Below the pieces are notes generated by a model. The model was given only the letters and a program-made list of their open reading frames with translations, was not told the DNA's origin and made no database searches. 64,000 bases of DNA, from positions 123,843-187,842 of the forward strand of contig CAWJSC010000017.1 in the NCBI GenBank assembly GCA_963845425.1. The letters run 5' to 3'. The position numbers and the translations under genes were made by a program. Source of the stretch: an uncultured Microthrixaceae bacterium. Lineage in GTDB: Bacteria; Actinomycetota; Acidimicrobiia; Acidimicrobiales; DATDAH01. Positions 50,436 through 60,470 of the stretch are shown one piece after another; the first letter of the stretch is position 1; every line of letters starts with the position of its first letter.

Positions 50436-51848
50436 TCAACGCCGGACCCGCCGTTCGTAGAGCTCGGCCACGCCGGCCTCGATGCCCTCGGCCAGCACGT
50501 CGATGTCGTCGGCCGAGCCACGGTCGCCGGTGATGCCGAAGTAGAGCTCGCCGTCGTAGGACAGGATGGCGACGGCGAAACGGACGCCGAAGGCCACCGG
50601 CACATACGGGTAATAGGCAACCATCCGGCGTCCGGCGGCGAAGAGCGGCCGCGGCGGGCCGGGGACGTTGGTCGTCACCGTGTTGATGCTGCGCTGGGGG
50701 TGGCGGCGCAGCACGGCGGCGACCACGCGGCTGCCGTAGGCCATGAAGGGCGCGGGCACCAGCTCGGCCAGGGAGGTCACGCTCTCGATCGCCTCCGCCT
50801 CGTGGGACAGCTTCAGCCAGCGGGTCTCGCTGCGCACCGCCTCGTAGCGCAGCTCGGGCACGGCGATCTCGACGGGGAGGTCGGCCACCATGGCGGACAC
50901 CTCGTTGTCGAGCCGACCGTGCTCGGTACGCACCGATACCGGTACGAGGGTCCGGATCTCGGTGGCCTTCGGGTCCTCGCCCCGGCCCAGCAGGAGGTCC
51001 CGGAACCCCCGGGTGACCGCGGTGAGGATGACGTCGTTGACGGTGCCGCCCCGCTCGGTCCGGATCGCCTTCGCCTCGGCCAGCGGGATGTGGACGCCCC
51101 GCCAGCAGCGCTCGGGGCCGATGGTCCCGTCGACCGAGGTGGCCGGCGTCGGCCACGCCTCGCCCAGCCAGGAGCTGACCCCCGAGGTCAGGGTCCGCAG
51201 GCGACTGATCGCCTCGCCGGGCCGGGCCAGGGAGCTCAGGAGCTGGCCCGACCACCGGACGACGGTGGTGACCAGGTCCCCGAGGGCGTCGGCCACGAGG
51301 CGGGTCTCGGAGGGCCCGGGGGCCGCCGACCACGGCACCGCCCGCTCCGGGCCGCGCTCGGCGTCGGGCGTGGCGTCGAGGACCTCTTCCATGAGGCCCA
51401 CCCCGGCCACCCCGTCGACCATGCAGTGGTGCACCTTGGCCAGGAGCGCCCACTCGCCGTCGGGCAGGCCCTCGACCAGCCACATCTCCCAGAGGGGTCG
51501 GCGGCGGTCCAACTCTGTGCTCATCACTTCGGCCATGAGGTCCTGGAGGGCCGCGTCGTCGGCGGAATCGAGCGTGTTGTGGGAGAGGTGCTGCGCGAGG
51601 TCGAACTCAGGGTCGTCCTGCCAGACCGGCCGGCCGAGCTGGAAGGGCAGGGTGTGCACCCGCTGGCGGTACCGGGGGATGCGGTCGAGGCAGCGGTCCA
51701 TGAGGTCGAACAACTCGGCCTCGGTCGGTGCCGGGCCCTCGAATCGGGCACAGGCTCCGATGTGGAGGTGGTTGACCCCGTCTTCCAAGTGGAGGAACTC
51801 GGCGTCCAAGGCACTCATCTGGTCCACCACGTCATCCTCCCCGGTCAC
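50436..51848 (-). CDS. WS/DGAT family acyltransferase, copy 3
   Basis: 470 aa. MSALDAEFLHLEDGVNHLHIG. HHCMVDGVAG. NVPGPPRPLFAAG. An internal ATG (MSALD...) is an alternative start. Confidence 0.9.
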   Translation of the reverse strand: MTGEDDVVDQMSALDAEFLHLEDGVNHLHIGACARFEGPAPTEAELFDLMDRCLDRIPRYRQRVHTLPFQLGRPVWQDDPEFDLAQHLSHNTLDSADDAALQDLMAEVMSTELDRRRPLWEMWLVEGLPDGEWALLAKVHHCMVDGVAGVGLMEEVLDATPDAERGPERAVPWSAAPGPSETRLVADALGDLVTTVVRWSGQLLSSLARPGEAISRLRTLTSGVSSWLGEAWPTPATSVDGTIGPERCWRGVHIPLAEAKAIRTERGGTVNDVILTAVTRGFRDLLLGRGEDPKATEIRTLVPVSVRTEHGRLDNEVSAMVADLPVEIAVPELRYEAVRSETRWLKLSHEAEAIESVTSLAELVPAPFMAYGSRVVAAVLRRHPQRSINTVTTNVPGPPRPLFAAGRRMVAYYPYVPVAFGVRFAVAILSYDGELYFGITGDRGSADDIDVLAEGIEAGVAELYERRVRR

Positions 51849-51886
51849 CCGGGCCCTGACCAGGGCCGTTGGGCCCTGCGGTCGGC

Positions 51887-52240
51887 TCAGACGGCCTGCG
51901 GCACCCGGATGGGCCGGCCGTGGGGCGGGCAGGCTCCCGCCAGCAGGTCCTCGAGGAGGAGCGGGGCGTCCACCCCGCCGGTGTCCCGATAGCCGACGAG
52001 CAGCACCTCGGTCACCGGCGGGTTCCCGCCGGCGACCGTGATGATGCGCAGGTTCCCTTCGAGCACGGTCGTCTCGCCGCAGCGCCAGGTCACCGGGACC
52101 AGCGCCATCCAGTCGTGGAGGCGGATGGGGCTCCCGAGCCGGGCCTGCGGCCCGTCGCCCGCCGGGTGGTGGAGCTGGAGGGCGTCCAGCACCTCGGCCG
52201 GGGTCATGCTCACGTAGCGGCTGACGTACACATCAGGCAT
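51887..52240 (-). CDS. Hypothetical protein
   Basis: 117 aa. GAGGAGG SD 8 nt upstream of ATG 52240. Uniformly high GC3. No family recognised. Confidence 0.6.
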   Translation of the reverse strand: MPDVYVSRYVSMTPAEVLDALQLHHPAGDGPQARLGSPIRLHDWMALVPVTWRCGETTVLEGNLRIITVAGGNPPVTEVLLVGYRDTGGVDAPLLLEDLLAGACPPHGRPIRVPQAV

Positions 52241-52393
52241 CGTGATCGCCTCCTCTGCTCACTCAGCCTGCGCCGAGGCGCCCAGGTGGCCCAGGGTCGA
52301 AGGTCCCGGCCGGCCGTGTCCCGGCATCTACGCTCTGGGCACCGAGACCAAGGAGAGGGACATGATCGCACGCCAGACCCTGGAGGTGAGCCG

Positions 52394-52747
52394 ATGACCG
52401 GTAAGACCCGCAGCCCCTGGGGGGTGTGGTTCCTGACGTTGATCACCCTCGGCATCTACGGCCTGTACTGGTGGTTCAAGGCCAACGAGGAGGTGGGCAA
52501 CTACGACGCGAGTATCGACGTCAATCCCACCCTGTCGACGCTGGCCCTGTTCGTGCCCATCTGCAACATCGTCACGATCTTCCGCACGGGCGGCCGGATC
52601 GGCCAGGCGCAGCAGAACGGCCTGGGCGTCAACGCCACCAACGGCTGGCTGGGCCTCCTGTTGGCGCTGCTCGGCGGCTTCCACGTCGTCTACTACCAGT
52701 CGAACCTGAACAAGATCTGGGCCAACCCGGCCGCTCCCGCGGCCTGA
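52394..52747 (+). CDS. Small membrane protein (DUF4234-like)
   Basis: GGAGG SD, then ATG 52394. WGVWFLTLITLGIYGLYWWFK is the signature I associate with DUF4234. A GC-rich hairpin follows the stop. Confidence 0.7.
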   Translation: MTGKTRSPWGVWFLTLITLGIYGLYWWFKANEEVGNYDASIDVNPTLSTLALFVPICNIVTIFRTGGRIGQAQQNGLGVNATNGWLGLLLALLGGFHVVYYQSNLNKIWANPAAPAA

Positions 52748-52839
52748 TGATCGACGCGGTCGCCCGGCCGGTGCTCCGAGCGCCGGCCGGGAGGGCCCGT
52801 CGGCGGTGACTGTCACCCCCCGCCGGTAGAACAGGGGCC

Positions 52840-53592
52840 ATGGCGAGCGACCCCCGGCAGGCGACCATCGACGACCGGGCCGAGGGACCCCCGGCGGACC
52901 TCTTGGCCCGGATCCGGGCCCTGCTGGCCAAGGCCGAGTCCTCCACCTTCGAGGCCGAGGCCGAGGCGTTCACGGCCAAAGCCCAGGAGCTCATGGCCCG
53001 CCACCGCATCGACCGGGCCGTGCTGGCCGAGGCGGCGCCCGGGCGGCTGGCCGACGGGGTCGAAGGGCGTCGCATCACCGTCGACGACCCGTACGCGACG
53101 GCGAAGTTCCACCTGCTGGCGGGACTGGCCGAGGTCAACGGGGCGCGGGCCGTCTGGTCTCGGGCGGAGTCGGTGGCCACGGTCTTCGGCTTCCCCGTCG
53201 AGGTCGACATCATCGAGGAGCTCTTCACGTCGCTGCTGGTGCAGGCCACGGCCGCCATGCAGCGAGAGGGCTCCAAGCAGGACGCCTACGGCCGCAACCG
53301 GACCCGGGCGTTCCGGCGGTCGTTCCTGCTCGCCTTCGCCGACCGGGTCGCCCGCCGCCTCCAGGCGTCCGTCGACCGGGTCGTCGACGAGGCGGGGGCC
53401 GCCGCGGGCACCGACCTGGTCCCCCTGCTCGCCGCCCGCGACGAGGCCGTGGCGGTCAAGCTGCGGGAGACCTTCCCGAAGCTCGGGACGATGCGGACCT
53501 CGGTCAGCGACGCCGAGGGCCTCTTCGCCGGCCGCCTGGCCGCCGATCGCGCCGACCTGAGCGCCGGCCCCCGCCTCCACCGCTCGGCCTGA
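52840..53592 (+). CDS. DUF2786-like protein
   Basis: 250 aa. LLARIRALLAKAESSTFEAEAEAFTAKAQELMARH is the N-terminal motif I associate with DUF2786. Confidence 0.65.
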   Translation: MASDPRQATIDDRAEGPPADLLARIRALLAKAESSTFEAEAEAFTAKAQELMARHRIDRAVLAEAAPGRLADGVEGRRITVDDPYATAKFHLLAGLAEVNGARAVWSRAESVATVFGFPVEVDIIEELFTSLLVQATAAMQREGSKQDAYGRNRTRAFRRSFLLAFADRVARRLQASVDRVVDEAGAAAGTDLVPLLAARDEAVAVKLRETFPKLGTMRTSVSDAEGLFAGRLAADRADLSAGPRLHRSA

Positions 53593-53629
53593 GCCCACCG
53601 CTCCCGGCCAACGTGCCGTTGGACCCTGG

Positions 53630-54475
53630 GTGGGGGAGTGGGTGATCGGGCAGTCTCTGGAGGTGGATTTCGTCCGTCACCACCGGGTGCTGATCACGAT
53701 CGGGATCGTCGCCCTGCTCGTCGCAGGGGGGGTGGTCACCACGGTGTTGACCGTCGACACGCCGGGGCCGGCCTCGGTGGACGACGCGCTGGGCCGCTTC
53801 CGGGAGGACGGCGACGACGGGGAGCCGGACCTCCCGAGCAGTCGGCCGCCCGAAGGCGTCTACCTCTACGCAGGGGAGGGCGAGGCGGCCCTGTCCTTCC
53901 CTCCGCTGACCCAGCACGACGGTGCCGAGCTGCCGGCCACGGTCACCCACCGCCCCCGGGGATGCTGGACCCTTCGGGTCGACTTCAACACCGAGCACTG
54001 GCAGGAGTGGTCCTACTGCCGAGTGGGCGACGGCGTGGTCGAGACCCGGGGCCGCAGCGGTCAGGAATGGGACCTCGGCGTCAACTCGGCCGGCAACGTC
54101 AGCACCTTCCTCTGCCGGCCGCCCAATCCCGTCCTCGTCGCGGGGGCTGAGCCCGGCGACGAGGTCGAGCAGACCTGTTCGGGCAGCAACAGCGCCGTGG
54201 GGGGCACCACCACCAGCTCCGGGCCGTCGACCTTCGTCGGCGTGGAGACACTGGTCATCGGGGGGACCGAGGTGACGGCGAACCACCTGCACGGCGAGCG
54301 GACGCTCACCGGAGGCCAGGAGGGCGACGAGGTCATCGACGCCTGGTTCCGCGACGACGGCCTGCTCCTGCGCTACGGACGCGACATCGAGGTCCGCACG
54401 AACTCACCGGTGGGGGTCATCACCTACACCGAGGAAGGCGAGTTCGAGCTCACCGACCTGCAGCCCCAGACCTGA
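53630..54475 (+). CDS. Membrane-anchored hypothetical protein
   Basis: 281 aa. Single N-terminal TM (VLITIGIVALLVAGGVVTTVL). Extracytoplasmic beta-rich body with 4 Cys. Confidence 0.65.
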   Translation: MGEWVIGQSLEVDFVRHHRVLITIGIVALLVAGGVVTTVLTVDTPGPASVDDALGRFREDGDDGEPDLPSSRPPEGVYLYAGEGEAALSFPPLTQHDGAELPATVTHRPRGCWTLRVDFNTEHWQEWSYCRVGDGVVETRGRSGQEWDLGVNSAGNVSTFLCRPPNPVLVAGAEPGDEVEQTCSGSNSAVGGTTTSSGPSTFVGVETLVIGGTEVTANHLHGERTLTGGQEGDEVIDAWFRDDGLLLRYGRDIEVRTNSPVGVITYTEEGEFELTDLQPQT

Positions 54476-54495
54476 CCGGAGCCGTTCGGTTCACC

Positions 54496-54855
54496 TCAGA
54501 CGGCCGAGCCGCCGAGGCCGGAGTCCGGTCCGTAGGGGGTGTCGCCGTCGTGCCAGCGGCGGAGCGCGTCGAAGGGGTAGATGCCGGTGGCGTGGCCGTC
54601 GTTCCACGTCACGGCCAGGCCCCAGCCGCCGTGCAGGCCGGCCGTCGTGATGGCGAGCGGCTCGGGGCTGCCGGGGCGCGGCCAGGTCGGCTGGCCCCGG
54701 TCCCGCAGGGCACGGCAGGTCGCGCAGGGACAGCCCTGGCGCAGCTCGACCAGCTCGAAGCGGGCGACCTCGCCGTCCAGGAACTCGATGGTGACGGCTT
54801 CGGCCCGGTCGACGTCGATGGTGCCGGGCTCGTGGCGGTCGTCCCGCTCGGTCAA
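54496..54855 (-). CDS. DUF971-like protein
   Basis: 119 aa. LRQGCPCATCR and WNDGHATGIYPFDALR. TTG start overlaps the FKBP stop (TTGA). Confidence 0.7.
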   Translation of the reverse strand: MTERDDRHEPGTIDVDRAEAVTIEFLDGEVARFELVELRQGCPCATCRALRDRGQPTWPRPGSPEPLAITTAGLHGGWGLAVTWNDGHATGIYPFDALRRWHDGDTPYGPDSGLGGSAV

Positions 54856-55232
54856 CTGACTCCGAGGAGGTCGACCACGAAGACGAGGGTCTCGCCGCCC
54901 TTGATGACCCCGCCGGCGCCGGCCTTGCCGTAGCCCAGGTCGGGCGGGATGGTGATCTGGCGGCGGCCGCCGACCTTCATGCCGGCGACGCCCTGGTCCC
55001 AGCCCTTGATGACCTGGCCCTGACCGAGGCCGAAGCGGAACGTGTCACCCCGGTCCCAGCTGGCGTCGAACTGTTTGCGGGTGCTCCAGGCCACGCCGAC
55101 GTAGTGCACCTCGACCTCCTGGCCCGCGGCCGCCTCGACGCCGGTGCCCTCCTCGAGGTCCTGGATCGCCAGATCAGCGGGCGGGGCCTCGCCCGGCGGC
55201 ACGTACACGTGGGGCTTCTCGTTCTCAGCCAT
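54852..55232 (-). CDS. FKBP-type peptidyl-prolyl cis-trans isomerase
   Basis: 126 aa. VHYVGVAWSTRKQFDASWDRGDTFRFGLGQGQVIKGWDQGVAGMKVGGRR...PPDLGYG. Confidence 0.9.
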   Translation of the reverse strand: MAENEKPHVYVPPGEAPPADLAIQDLEEGTGVEAAAGQEVEVHYVGVAWSTRKQFDASWDRGDTFRFGLGQGQVIKGWDQGVAGMKVGGRRQITIPPDLGYGKAGAGGVIKGGETLVFVVDLLGVS

Positions 55233-55255
55233 GGCCCGGGACCGTATCCGGGTGG

Positions 55256-57089
<1,834 letters not shown>

Positions 57090-57191
57090 GGCAGGCAACT
57101 CTTTCGGAAAGGGATTCGTCCCGGGGGAAGGACCCCTGCAGGCTACCGCCGTGTCGGCCCGGTCGTGAGCACCTCACCCGACACGACGTCC

Positions 57192-57223
57192 GGAAAACGA
57201 AGGAACCGCCCCCGAAGGGGCGG
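57192..57223 (-). terminator. Intrinsic terminator downstream of the helicase/SHOCT operon
   Basis: Minus-strand RNA: CCGCCCC-UUCG-GGGGCGG followed by UUCCUUCGUUUUCC. A second UUCG-looped hairpin (GGCCC-UUCG-GGGCC) lies at 57241-57254, just after the stop at 57260. Confidence 0.6.
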
Positions 57224-57259
57224 CTCCCGCGGTTCCGGTCGGCCCCGAAGGGCCCGAGG

Positions 57260-57508
57260 TCACTCGACGCCGAGCTGCATCAGGATGTCGTCCCGACGCT
57301 CCTCGAACTCCTCGCTGTCCAGCTCGCCGGCGGCGTGCTGCTCGTTGATGATGCGGAACTCCTCCATCAACGCATCGAGGTCCGGGGCTTCCTCGGTCTC
57401 GACGCCCTCTTCGTCCTTGTCCAGGCGGCGGGCGCGCTTGGCGGCCTGCTTCTCCTGGCGGGCCTTCTCGCGCTGCCGCTTGGCGAACGTCTCTCCACTT
57501 CGTGCCAT
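57260..57508 (-). CDS. Small highly charged protein with SHOCT-like C-terminus
   Basis: 82 aa. Lys/Arg/Glu-rich N-terminus. C-terminal LMEEFRIINEQHAAGELDSEEFEERRDDILMQLG. Its start lies 1 nt after the helicase stop. Confidence 0.7.
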   Translation of the reverse strand: MARSGETFAKRQREKARQEKQAAKRARRLDKDEEGVETEEAPDLDALMEEFRIINEQHAAGELDSEEFEERRDDILMQLGVE

Positions 57509-57509
57509 G

Positions 57510-58877
57510 TCACACCACCCTCACGTTGCGGGCCTCGTCACCTTTTCGACCCTGGGCGATCTCGAACGACACCTGCTCGCCCTCGTCGAGGACTCCGCCG
57601 GTCACGGTCACGTTCGTGTGGTGCACGAACAGGTCATCGCGGCCCGGCACGGCGATGAAGCCGAAGCCGCGGCGGGTGTCGAAGAACTTCACCGTACCGG
57701 TCGGGCCACCGCTTTTCCGACCACCGTGAGGGCGCTCGGCCCGGGGCCGCGGGGGCTGGGTGTCGAGGGCTCCGGGGGCCGTGATGTCGCCCGGAAGACC
57801 CAGCTTGCGCTGCATCTTGCGGTTGTCGGACAGCTCCTCGCTGCGCACGAGGGAGACCACGACGCCGGTGGCGCCGGCCCGCGCGGTGCGGCCGGATCGA
57901 TGCAGGTAGGTCTTCTCGTCCTCGGGCGGATCGAAGTGCAGCACGCAGGCCACACCGTCGACGTGGATGCCCCGGGCGGCCACGTCGGTGGCCACCAAGG
58001 CGTCCACCCGGCCCTTGACGAAGGACTCGAGGGCCCGGTCCCGCTGACCCTGGGAACGGCCGCCGTGGATGGCCGCGGCCTTCACGCCGCTCTTGGTCAG
58101 CTGCTGGGTCAGACGGTCGGCGCCGCGCCGGGTCCGGCAGAAGACGATCGTCGGGCCGGCGTCCTTGATGGCGTCGACGGCGTGGTCCTTGCGGTCCATG
58201 TGGGCCACCTTCCAGAACAGGTGCCGGGCCGTGGTGATGTCGGGCTCGACGTCACCCACCTCGTGGCGGGTGGGGTTGTTCTGGTAGCGGTCGGTGACCA
58301 CTTTGACGTCGCCGTCCAGGGTGGCCGAGAAGAGCACCGTCTGACGGTCGTCTGGGGTGGCGTCCAGCAGGCGCTTGACCGCGGGCAGGAAGCCCATGTC
58401 GGCCAGGCGGTCGGCCTCGTCGATCACGACGATCTCGATGTCGGAGAGATCGACGTCCCGGGTCTGGATCAGGTCCTCGAGGCGGCCGGGGCAGGCCACC
58501 AGCACGTCGACGCCCTTGCGCAGCGCGCTGCGCTGGCCGCCGTAGCCGACCCCGCCGTAGACCGACACGGCCCGACGCTTGCGGAGGGCGAGCAGGGGGC
58601 TGAGCTCCTTGTGGATCTGCTCGGCCAGCTCGCGGGTGGGGGACAGGACCAGGGCGCGGGGGCGACGGGGCGTGCCCTTGCCGACGCGAGCGGCCAGGGG
58701 GATGCCGAAGGCCAGCGTCTTGCCCGAGCCGGTGGGGGCGCGGCCACAGACGTCGCGTCCGGCCAGCAGATCCGGGAGGGTGGACTCCTGGATGGGGAAC
58801 GGCTCGTTGATGCCCTTGTGGGCAAGGGTGCGCACGACGTCCTCGGGCACGCCGAGATCGGCGAAGGAGGGGGACAT
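57510..58877 (-). CDS. DEAD-box RNA helicase fused to a C-terminal cold-shock domain
   Basis: 455 aa from ATG 58877. Motifs: F...PIQ, APTGSGKTLAF, VIDEADRL (DEAD), SAT, HRSGRTARAG. The last 65 aa are GTVKFFDTRRGFGFIAVPGRDDLFVHHTNV...EGEQVSFEIAQGRKGDEARNV (CSD RNP motifs). Confidence 0.9.
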   Translation of the reverse strand: MSPSFADLGVPEDVVRTLAHKGINEPFPIQESTLPDLLAGRDVCGRAPTGSGKTLAFGIPLAARVGKGTPRRPRALVLSPTRELAEQIHKELSPLLALRKRRAVSVYGGVGYGGQRSALRKGVDVLVACPGRLEDLIQTRDVDLSDIEIVVIDEADRLADMGFLPAVKRLLDATPDDRQTVLFSATLDGDVKVVTDRYQNNPTRHEVGDVEPDITTARHLFWKVAHMDRKDHAVDAIKDAGPTIVFCRTRRGADRLTQQLTKSGVKAAAIHGGRSQGQRDRALESFVKGRVDALVATDVAARGIHVDGVACVLHFDPPEDEKTYLHRSGRTARAGATGVVVSLVRSEELSDNRKMQRKLGLPGDITAPGALDTQPPRPRAERPHGGRKSGGPTGTVKFFDTRRGFGFIAVPGRDDLFVHHTNVTVTGGVLDEGEQVSFEIAQGRKGDEARNVRVV

Positions 58878-59067
58878 GGGGGTACTGCTCCTGACTGCCC
58901 GCTTCGAGGCGGGCCGGCGCACGGGTGCGCCGCGGATCGAAACGGTGGAGAGGCGATCCAGCCGGAACGGGGGTGTATGGGGGGATGCCGTACCGGGGAG
59001 CTTCGTTGTGAACCTTGCCTCCACCCGGTGGCAGCGGCCCAGGGTATCGGCCCGGCCCCTGCCTTCC

Positions 59068-59613
59068 TCAGGTCAGGACGAGGGCGAGGATCAGCACCAG
59101 GAGACCCGTCGCCAGGACGAAGGGGGCGACCAGCGCGCTGATGCCGACCCGGATGAGCCGGGTGGGGCGCAGCGTCTGGAACAGGGCCGAGGCGGGGGCG
59201 ATGCCGCCCTGGTTGAGGACCTCGACGTCAGAGCGCAGGGCCCACAGCGCCCGGCCGAGGCTCGTCACCCGGCCCAGGCCCTTCGCCTCCACGAAGTGGC
59301 GCTCGCCGGAGCCGAGCTTGACGGCCAACGTCCCCGCCGCTTCCCGCAGCTCGGCTGCGCTCACCTCGGGAAGGGCGCGCACCGGGCCCAGCGCCGAGCC
59401 GAAGCGGGCCAGGCTGAAGGGGGCGATGGCGGCGACGAAGGCGACCACGCCGGCGAAGACCAGGGCGTCAACGGACCAGCGGTCAGCCGCGCCGACGCCC
59501 ACGACGAAGGCGACGATGCCGCCGACGGCGGCCACGGCCAGGACCCGCACCGTGGCCTGGATGATCCCGACGACGGCCGCGACCCGGGCCACCACCTCGT
59601 CGAGCAGGGTCAT
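59068..59613 (-). CDS. Integral membrane protein, unknown function
   Basis: 181 aa with 4-5 hydrophobic segments. High GC3. Confidence 0.6.
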   Translation of the reverse strand: MTLLDEVVARVAAVVGIIQATVRVLAVAAVGGIVAFVVGVGAADRWSVDALVFAGVVAFVAAIAPFSLARFGSALGPVRALPEVSAAELREAAGTLAVKLGSGERHFVEAKGLGRVTSLGRALWALRSDVEVLNQGGIAPASALFQTLRPTRLIRVGISALVAPFVLATGLLVLILALVLT

Positions 59614-59631
59614 GGGGTCACCGTAGGTCCG

Positions 59632-59687
59632 TTCTGGCGCCCGATCTGCCGGTCACGGCCGGGAAATCGGGCGCCAGAAGGCAGATC
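59632..59687. repeat. Two interleaved inverted repeats (pseudoknot topology) in a 72-nt intergenic spacer
   Basis: A = TTCTGGCGCCCGAT (59632-59645) pairs with A' = ATCGGGCGCCAGAA (59666-59679). B = GATCTGCC (59643-59650) pairs with B' = GGCAGATC (59680-59687). The order is A,B,A',B'. Confidence 0.7.
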
Positions 59688-60399
59688 AGACGTCCACGAA
59701 GAAGGTGGCGAGGGCCCGCTCGAGGGCCTCGACGTCGGCCTGCTGGGTGATCTGCACCCCGATGACGCCGTGGTAGCTCTGGTCGGGGGGCTCGAAGGCG
59801 ACCCAGGCGAAGTCGGTCTCGGTACCCGCACAGTCCTCGAAGACCTCCGAGACGCCGCTGTAGGCGGGGTCGGCGTAGGGCTGGCGGCCGAGGGAGGTGC
59901 ATTGACTGGCCTGCCCGGTGCTGACCGCGGTCAGGATCTCGTCGGTGGTCTGGTTGGTCTCGAGGCCCGTGGCCTGGAACTCCAGCCCGGACACGTTGTA
60001 GGTCTGGATCCACTCCTGGACGTTCGTCGAGGCGATGATGTCGGGGCCGAACAGGCCCTCGCCGCCGTCCACGTCGGTCCAGGCCGCGGGGACCTCGACG
60101 CTGAGCAGGCCGGAGTCGTCGGTGACGGTCACGTACTCGCCGTAGGTGGTGGTGTCGGTGGGGACGTCCTCCAAGTCGTCCTCGACGCTGTCGCCGAAGT
60201 CGCCGATGGCGTCGTCCCGATCGTCCTCGGCCACCTCGGTCGTGGTGGTCGTGGTCTCCTCGGGCTCGTCCTGCTCCTCGCCCTCGGTGGTGCTCGCGGT
60301 CTCGTCATCGCCGCCGCCGTCGTCACCACCACCACAGGCGGCCAACAACAGCCCGAAGACCATCAGGAGGGCGAGCAGGCGTAGGAACGTGCGGGTCAT
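59686..60399 (-). CDS. Acidic lipoprotein, unknown function
   Basis: 237 aa. Lipobox LLLAAC. Asp/Glu/Thr-rich linker, then a globular C-terminal domain with 2 Cys. Confidence 0.75.
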   Translation of the reverse strand: MTRTFLRLLALLMVFGLLLAACGGGDDGGGDDETASTTEGEEQDEPEETTTTTTEVAEDDRDDAIGDFGDSVEDDLEDVPTDTTTYGEYVTVTDDSGLLSVEVPAAWTDVDGGEGLFGPDIIASTNVQEWIQTYNVSGLEFQATGLETNQTTDEILTAVSTGQASQCTSLGRQPYADPAYSGVSEVFEDCAGTETDFAWVAFEPPDQSYHGVIGVQITQQADVEALERALATFFVDV

Positions 60400-60470
60400 G
60401 GGGGGTCCTCTCCGACCGGGGACGAGCGGCGGAATCCTACGCCCCGGCAGCGATCTACGATTCCGACATC

